From positions 1 through 64,000 of the IMG/VR virus record IMGVR_UViG_3300031993_006627: DNA of 64,000 bases; one strand, given 5' to 3'. Of this stretch, positions 58,510-64,000 are shown in pieces. The notes below the pieces were generated by a model. It was not told the origin of the DNA and ran no database searches. It saw nothing but the letters and a program-made list of their open reading frames with translations. How positions within the stretch are numbered: the stretch's first letter is position 1; each line of letters starts with the position of its first letter. Source of the stretch: a virus. Lineage: Duplodnaviria > Caudoviricetes. Position numbers and translations under genes: made by a program.

Positions 58510-59067
58510 ATGAAATACACCGACTTCAAGAAATCCTATGATCCCAGCAAGCAACTCGTTGCTGAACAACCTACGGAAAAGCCCATCGAGAAGCAGGCCG
58601 CCGAAGACGCCACCAAATCTGACATCATCGACATGCTCTGCAAGATTCTGGCGGATGAGTATGTGTCTTACTACGCATACTTCGCCGGCGCCAAGAACAT
58701 CCGTGGCGAGAACTGGATGGACGTGAAGCAGGAGTTCGAGCAGCATGCAGAAGACGAACGCGGCCATTTCGAGTCTGTGTTCGACCGGCTCTACCAGCTG
58801 GGTTACTACAACAAGGATCTCCTGAAGGACATCAAGGAGAATGCTGGCTACTACTGGGACGTTGACACCAAGGATCCCAAGAAGGCTGCCGAGATCGCCC
58901 GCACGGCGGAGAAGAAGGCCGTGGAAGCCTACCAGAAGCTCCTCGCGGCCATCGCCGGTCAGGAACCGGAGAAGCGGGACTACGCCACCGAGAAGCTCGC
59001 CAAAGAGCATCTGGAGACCGAGCAGGATCACCTGCAGGATATGGAACGGCTCGTGGAAGAGTTCTGA
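58510..59067 (+). CDS. Ferritin-like (bacterioferritin/Dps-like) protein
   Basis: DEY, DERGH, EKKAVEAY, TEQDH di-iron ligands. Confidence 0.87.
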   Translation: MKYTDFKKSYDPSKQLVAEQPTEKPIEKQAAEDATKSDIIDMLCKILADEYVSYYAYFAGAKNIRGENWMDVKQEFEQHAEDERGHFESVFDRLYQLGYYNKDLLKDIKENAGYYWDVDTKDPKKAAEIARTAEKKAVEAYQKLLAAIAGQEPEKRDYATEKLAKEHLETEQDHLQDMERLVEEF

Positions 59068-59096
59068 TCCAGAAGTTCCACTTCAGGTAGAAAATT

Positions 59097-59166
59097 GAGG
59101 CTCCAGAAATGGAGCCTTTTTCATGCCAAAATGGGCTAAATTTGAAGGGTTTTGAGGGCAGTATAA
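59097..59166 (+). promoter_or_regulatory. Terminator followed by promoter CTAAAT-17-CAGTAT
   Basis: Hairpin GAGGCTCCA/TGGAGCCTT plus T run; promoter motif recurs at 61252, 62451 and 63213. Confidence 0.65.
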
Positions 59167-59215
59167 GATGTCCCTGTAATTCTTCATCAACCAAACTCTA
59201 GAAAGGAGAACTCAA

Positions 59216-59812
59216 ATGAAGAACAACCCTAAATTACAGTTCGTCGTCGGAATCATCCTCATGGTTGCTTGTGGTGGTATGCTTACGGCCGCATTCCGCA
59301 CACTTGGACATTCCTGGCTGGGCGCCATCGGGCTTGCAGTCCTTTGGTCTGTGCTCACTTTCATCGGACTTTTGCTCGCGATTGTTCTGCTCGCAGTCTT
59401 CACAGGCTGGATTCTGCAGGCAATTCGCAGTAGACGATTCGATAGAAATTGGGTGAAGCATACCCAGGAGATCCGTGATTTCATGGATGCTCTTACGGTC
59501 GATCCTTCGTCCTGCCCCGCAGACAAGGATATCATCGTAAGTGGCACTGCCAAAGTGAGAATCACTGGACAGCCAAAGCAGAAGATCTACGTCAAGAAAG
59601 GAGCCATGGTGTGGCTCAATGACGGAGAGGTCAAAGGGGAAGGAGGAACGGTCTGTATTGGGTCGGGCGACAGCCTGATCTATGTGGACAACGATCCTGA
59701 ACCGAAGAACCATATTTGGCTTTCCGGCGAATTCAAGGAAGTTCGAGTTGGACTGGATGTCCCGGTGACATTCCGGCAAGGAATCAAAATCGGACACATC
59801 AGTGTTTACTGA
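59216..59812 (+). CDS. Membrane protein
   Basis: N-terminal TM helices; RBS AAAGGAG. Confidence 0.75.
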   Translation: MKNNPKLQFVVGIILMVACGGMLTAAFRTLGHSWLGAIGLAVLWSVLTFIGLLLAIVLLAVFTGWILQAIRSRRFDRNWVKHTQEIRDFMDALTVDPSSCPADKDIIVSGTAKVRITGQPKQKIYVKKGAMVWLNDGEVKGEGGTVCIGSGDSLIYVDNDPEPKNHIWLSGEFKEVRVGLDVPVTFRQGIKIGHISVY

Positions 59813-59943
59813 TTGTCCTGCCCCTCTGCCCCGCAAGGGGCATGGGCTTTTCTTTTATTCTGTACCTGAAAAACGTGGGCTCCTGGGGGCATAATACGAT
59901 GAGAGCTCTATACCATAAACCAAACTAACGAAAGGAGTTACAA

Positions 59944-61116
59944 ATGGAACAAGAAGAGTGGAAGCCAATCATCGGGTTTGAAGGGCAATACGAGGTATCC
60001 AATCTTGGCCGACTCCGCAGAACATGTAATCAGCGCATCCTGAAACCAAGCAGTGTGAGAGGGTGTCTGCTGGTCACACTTCGTAAAGACAGGAAAGCAC
60101 GGTCATACACGGTAGCAAGATTGGTTGCCTTTGCATTTCTCGGTGCACCGGATAACAGTGAGTCCGTAGTAGGGCATCTGGACGGCGATACTTGCAATAA
60201 TGCGTTGAAGAACCTGTACTGGACGACCAATGGCTATTTGCTGCAGACACCGAGAATTGTGGCGCTTCTCAAGGCAGCAAGATCTTCCCCTGAGGCTCGC
60301 GCAGCCATGGCAAAGCGTATGGAAGGTTATGGCGATACTCCGGAGGGAGCCGCCAGATTGCGTAAGATGACAGACGCTGCTGCTTTGCACAACATAAAAA
60401 AGATCATGTGTCTGGAAACCGGCGTTATTTACCCGTCTATCAAAGCCGCTTCTGCTGCATTCGGGCTTTCCAGGGGAGCAATATCAACGAAACTTCTCCG
60501 GGCAAAAACCAGGCAGTATAACAAGTTCAGCACGAAAGGTAAACCTGTATTTCATTTCCGGTTATATGACCCGGAGGAATGGAAACCTAAAGAACGCATC
60601 TGGCGACCCGTAGTGGGATTCGAAGGGAAATACGAAGTCTCGAATATGGGTGAAGTGCGGAATGCTAAAACGAAGCGGCCAAAGAAAGTCTGTTGGGATA
60701 AGGAAGGCAAGCCCGATTACGTTGGTCTCTCTGTGAATGGGAGCAAAGGAAGAACCCTCACGGTTCCACGGCTGGTTGCAGAAGCATTTATCCCCAAGGT
60801 ATATGGATCTTCAGCAGTGGGTCACAGGGATGGTGATCGACACAATAACTGTGTGACAAACCTGTTCTGGTCCAGTAAGCGTGGAGTGACTACTCCCATA
60901 GCGAAGGCACGATTTATGGAGAGGCTACCAAGGAGACAGATAATTTGTATAGAAACTGGCAAATTATATGGCTCCATCAGGGAAGCAGCAAAAGACTGCA
61001 ACATGCGAGAAGGCACTGTTGGTATGGCCTGTAAGCGAGCAGAGAAAGGAGTACGGTATACCGTCCGGAATGCACGTGGTAGATCTATTCTTCATTTCCG
61101 GTATGCTGACCAGTGA
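59944..61116 (+). CDS. Tandemly duplicated NUMOD4-HNH-NUMOD1 homing-endonuclease-like protein
   Basis: W(K/R)P..GFEG.YEVSN.G, H.DGD..NN...NL.W and C(L/I)ETG each occur twice. Confidence 0.88.
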   Translation: MEQEEWKPIIGFEGQYEVSNLGRLRRTCNQRILKPSSVRGCLLVTLRKDRKARSYTVARLVAFAFLGAPDNSESVVGHLDGDTCNNALKNLYWTTNGYLLQTPRIVALLKAARSSPEARAAMAKRMEGYGDTPEGAARLRKMTDAAALHNIKKIMCLETGVIYPSIKAASAAFGLSRGAISTKLLRAKTRQYNKFSTKGKPVFHFRLYDPEEWKPKERIWRPVVGFEGKYEVSNMGEVRNAKTKRPKKVCWDKEGKPDYVGLSVNGSKGRTLTVPRLVAEAFIPKVYGSSAVGHRDGDRHNNCVTNLFWSSKRGVTTPIAKARFMERLPRRQIICIETGKLYGSIREAAKDCNMREGTVGMACKRAEKGVRYTVRNARGRSILHFRYADQ

Positions 61117-61333
61117 CCCCGGAAGAGCCAGGTGGTGCAAACCCCCTGGCTTTTCTTTTAGTCCTTAATCGGGTATCTTCCTGTGGCATAATCAGATGCA
61201 AGGCTTACAATTTTCTAATAGTCAATCAATAACTTTTAGGCTCCAGTTGACCTTAATAAGGATACCTTTTGGGGCAGAATAATCTGGATCGGGTGATCCA
61301 ATAGTTTAACCAACCAAACAGAAAGGAGGAACT

Positions 61334-62419
61334 ATGGAATTTATACCCATTGATCCATTCCTGTCGCTGCCTCACCCGGCACGCGACGGAATCTGCGGGA
61401 TGCCCAATGTCCAATGGGATCCTGCCCTGCTTACAAAGCGCGAGCAGGAAATCATCATCGCCGCCTGGGACGGAGATGTCATCATCGACTTCCAGGCGAA
61501 GCGCTTCGAACGCGGCCGCGTAATCACGGTTGCAGTCCATAACGGAGATCCTCACGCCGATGACATCGGTGCTGTGGCGCTCCTCATGGTTCTGCTTCGT
61601 GGTTTCCAGATCCGGGTTTTCCGTACCCGTGATCCGCAGAAACTGGCCAATGCCGATATCCGCATCGACGTTGGTTTCGGCGCGTTCGATCACCACGGGC
61701 TCCGCGCCGATAAGGCGCATGGGATCTCCGCGATTACGAGGATATTCTTCCTCCTCCTGAACAGTCTGGGCGATGAATATCCCCGGATTGTCTGGGAGCG
61801 GTTCGCAGATATCTGCGACCGTATCGCGGCGTCTGATGTCGGCCTCATCGAGTTTACCATCACCCCCTGGGTGAACGATGCAGTGGCCGCACATCGTGCC
61901 GACCCCGGCTGGTCGGCTGACGGGGACGGCAGCGATACGACGGAAGATGGCCTGTTCAATAGGCTAGTCGACCGTATGTATAGCTGGTTCGACGACGTGT
62001 TCCGCAAGGCGATGGCGGAGCACAGAGCTACCGAAGCAGCGCTTGCTGACATTGCGGAATCGGGGGATCCTGCCTATGTCGTTTTCTCCGAGGATGCCAG
62101 GCAGGCGCCGTGCAAGGAGATCCTGTGGAAGCAGGGTCACACCGCATGGTACTTCATCAGCCCCGGCCGGGCAGGTGAAAGATGGGTCGTGGGTTGCACC
62201 TGTGATCCGTCCGGTCCGTTCCTCCGGAAGTCCAGCTGGCACCTGTTCCCGGAACGCCTCTGGGGGCTGGAAGATGCCGCGCTGGAAAAAGCAGCCGATC
62301 TCCCGAAGGGGACTATCGGCTTCGTCCACGCAGACGGCTTCCTGGCCGTGCTTAATAGCTTTGAGGCAGCTATTAAGTTTGTCAAGTTCTGCCTCAAGGA
62401 AGGGGGCTGGGGGTCGTGA
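61334..62419 (+). CDS. MYG1-family (DHH superfamily) exonuclease
   Basis: HNGDPHADD, RTRDP, DVG..FDHH, FVHADGF. Confidence 0.88.
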   Translation: MEFIPIDPFLSLPHPARDGICGMPNVQWDPALLTKREQEIIIAAWDGDVIIDFQAKRFERGRVITVAVHNGDPHADDIGAVALLMVLLRGFQIRVFRTRDPQKLANADIRIDVGFGAFDHHGLRADKAHGISAITRIFFLLLNSLGDEYPRIVWERFADICDRIAASDVGLIEFTITPWVNDAVAAHRADPGWSADGDGSDTTEDGLFNRLVDRMYSWFDDVFRKAMAEHRATEAALADIAESGDPAYVVFSEDARQAPCKEILWKQGHTAWYFISPGRAGERWVVGCTCDPSGPFLRKSSWHLFPERLWGLEDAALEKAADLPKGTIGFVHADGFLAVLNSFEAAIKFVKFCLKEGGWGS

Positions 62420-62521
62420 GACCCCCTCCACTTTTTCTTTTAGAATCGGGCTAAATAAGTGGGGTTTTGTTGGCAGTATAAGTTGAGGCTGAATCATCAA
62501 CCATTAACCAGGAGGTGTATC

Positions 62522-62776
62522 ATGGCAAATGAAACAGTCAACCCCACCAACAATGTCGCGGTGCTCTACGGGGACGCCACGATACATGGGACGTTCGACA
62601 AGATCAATGTAGCAAAGGGAACCCTCAGGTTCTCTGGCTCAGTCAAATTCTTGGAAGTCGATGCGAACGCCTCCGTGTATGTTGCAGAGGGCAGCGACGT
62701 CGGGCAGTTCAAACTGCATCCTGGCGCCCGTTATCAATACGCGGACGAAGATCCGATCACCGGCTGGTGCAGCTGA
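62522..62776 (+). CDS. Hypothetical protein
   Basis: RBS AGGAGG after a promoter motif. Confidence 0.7.
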   Translation: MANETVNPTNNVAVLYGDATIHGTFDKINVAKGTLRFSGSVKFLEVDANASVYVAEGSDVGQFKLHPGARYQYADEDPITGWCS

Positions 62777-62786
62777 GGTGGCCTAT

Positions 62787-63161
62787 ATGCATAAGAGACC
62801 ACAGAAGCAGCAACAGGATCCTGAGCGCTATATCCCGTCTCCGACGGAGCGTATGGCCCAGGAGCTCGCGGTTATCGGAGGCACGGCCAGCATCCTGCAG
62901 GGGACGCTGGACCGTGTAAATGCCGCTGTGCTCAGGAATGGTCTTGACCACAATGTCGGAGGCTTGTTGGTCAAGGCTACCGAATTCATCGGTGCAATCG
63001 ACGCCGATGGTGCTCGTCTGGTAGCTCATCATCTGTTCATCATGATAGATGATATTCAAACAGACAAGCATCCCTGGACGGCTCGCTACGCGATCCCGTT
63101 TCTCCAGCAGCTAATCCAGCAGTCTCGTGAGAGCGCGTTCAATACGCGCTTGGGACTGTGA
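62787..63161 (+). CDS. Hypothetical protein
   Basis: RBS GAGGT. Confidence 0.65.
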   Translation: MHKRPQKQQQDPERYIPSPTERMAQELAVIGGTASILQGTLDRVNAAVLRNGLDHNVGGLLVKATEFIGAIDADGARLVAHHLFIMIDDIQTDKHPWTARYAIPFLQQLIQQSRESAFNTRLGL

Positions 63162-63286
63162 ACAGAGAATCGACCGGGCGTGGGAACCCCGGTCTTTTCT
63201 TTTAGATTTGAACTTAATAATAGACCTTTTGCGGGCAGTATAAACTGAACCTCTTAACCACAAATAAAACCGAAAGGAGAATTATC

Positions 63287-63619
63287 ATGTTCAACTTCAT
63301 AAAGAGGCTTTTCACGTGTCACAAACCGGAAAAACAACCTGATGTCGAACTCATTCAGACCAATGAGGATGACGGCTATGAGTGCGCATATCTGCGCAAT
63401 CAGGGGACGTCTTCGGTCGAATGCGAAGTTCACTTTAGGTATAAACCAACTGTGACATTGAGATTAGGAGCCACAGCACATGTGGCCTATGGATATAACA
63501 CCATTGATGGTGTTGTAACCACAATTTTTCACACGGGCTTCGAGGTCAAGTCGGAGTCATGGGATGGAACGCCATTCTGGGAGTGGTTTCCTTACAGAAA
63601 CTTGCTCGGCGCCAAGTGA
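63287..63619 (+). CDS. Hypothetical protein
   Basis: RBS AAAGGAG; flanked by promoter and terminator. Confidence 0.7.
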   Translation: MFNFIKRLFTCHKPEKQPDVELIQTNEDDGYECAYLRNQGTSSVECEVHFRYKPTVTLRLGATAHVAYGYNTIDGVVTTIFHTGFEVKSESWDGTPFWEWFPYRNLLGAK

Positions 63620-63758
63620 GGCGCCAGGAGATCGGGTGCCCCGAAAGGGATGCCCGGTTTTCTTTTACAATGTACTTGAAAAGCGCAGCTTCTGATGGCA
63701 TAATAGCATGGTAGTGTTACACCTTCACCAATAACAATCAACAAGAAAGGAGACTGTC

Positions 63759-64000
63759 ATGAAAAAGAGCTTTCGAGACAAAGTCCGTGATGCGCTGGCG
63801 CTGCGGCACATCAAGAGCCTGACCCCTGGCGGCAAACCGGTTCGTTCTGCCGAGGTCAACATCGTCACTGCCCAGGTGGCGTTCAAGCATTTCTGGAAGA
63901 AGGACTTCGACAAGTCCATCATCTGGACTACCGTATGGGAAAGCGGACTGAAGAATCACTATTCCAGCGGGGTCATCTACATTGGCGATTACAAGCTGAC
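63759..64000 (+). CDS. Hypothetical protein, 3'-truncated by the window end
   Basis: RBS AAAGGAG; MKKSFRDKVR.. open to the edge. Confidence 0.7.
   Translation, partial: MKKSFRDKVRDALALRHIKSLTPGGKPVRSAEVNIVTAQVAFKHFWKKDFDKSIIWTTVWESGLKNHYSSGVIYIGDYKL

Noticed and set aside
1-64000. tRNA, rRNA, CRISPR arrays, integrase or transposase
   Set aside because: None recognisable by eye; tRNAscan or Infernal would be needed to exclude atypical RNAs.

Overview
The window reads as part of a large, jumbo-like dsDNA phage genome with almost all genes on the + strand and the standard genetic code. No capsid or terminase gene is visible, so the phage call rests on gene content and density. AIDA-like SSGG repeats and the sigma factor hint weakly at a PVC/Lentisphaerae host. 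1-20 kb is a replication/recombination block. It holds a family-A DNA polymerase split by three group I introns (the third carries an HNH ORF in its P1 loop; the spliced gene is 869 aa from position 1), a RecA-like ATPase, an inactive-looking DnaQ fold, a retron-like RT, NAD ligase, a bacterial ubiquitin-like module (E2, JAB, E1, two Ubl genes) and RusA. 20-45 kb holds thyX, a minus-strand sigma-70 factor, beta-solenoid repeat proteins, a patatin and about 13 paralogous zinc-ribbon mini-genes. 45-57 kb holds tail-fibre/adhesin-like genes, one visibly mosaic. 57-64 kb holds a phosphoesterase-ligase fusion, a ferritin, a double NUMOD4-HNH protein, MYG1 and short terminator-promoter cassettes. 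The best candidate for a new system is the ~490-nt spacer before the RT. It is packed with hairpins on the sense strand, while its antisense strand reads as an uninterrupted ORF with phage-like codons and no proper start or stop of its own, bounded by an in-frame (432-nt) near-direct repeat. This suggests an RT-written hidden gene. Also notable are the ubiquitin-like module and a dispersed, strand-polarised 17-bp palindrome. All calls are from motif reading by eye; no searches or folding programs were run.
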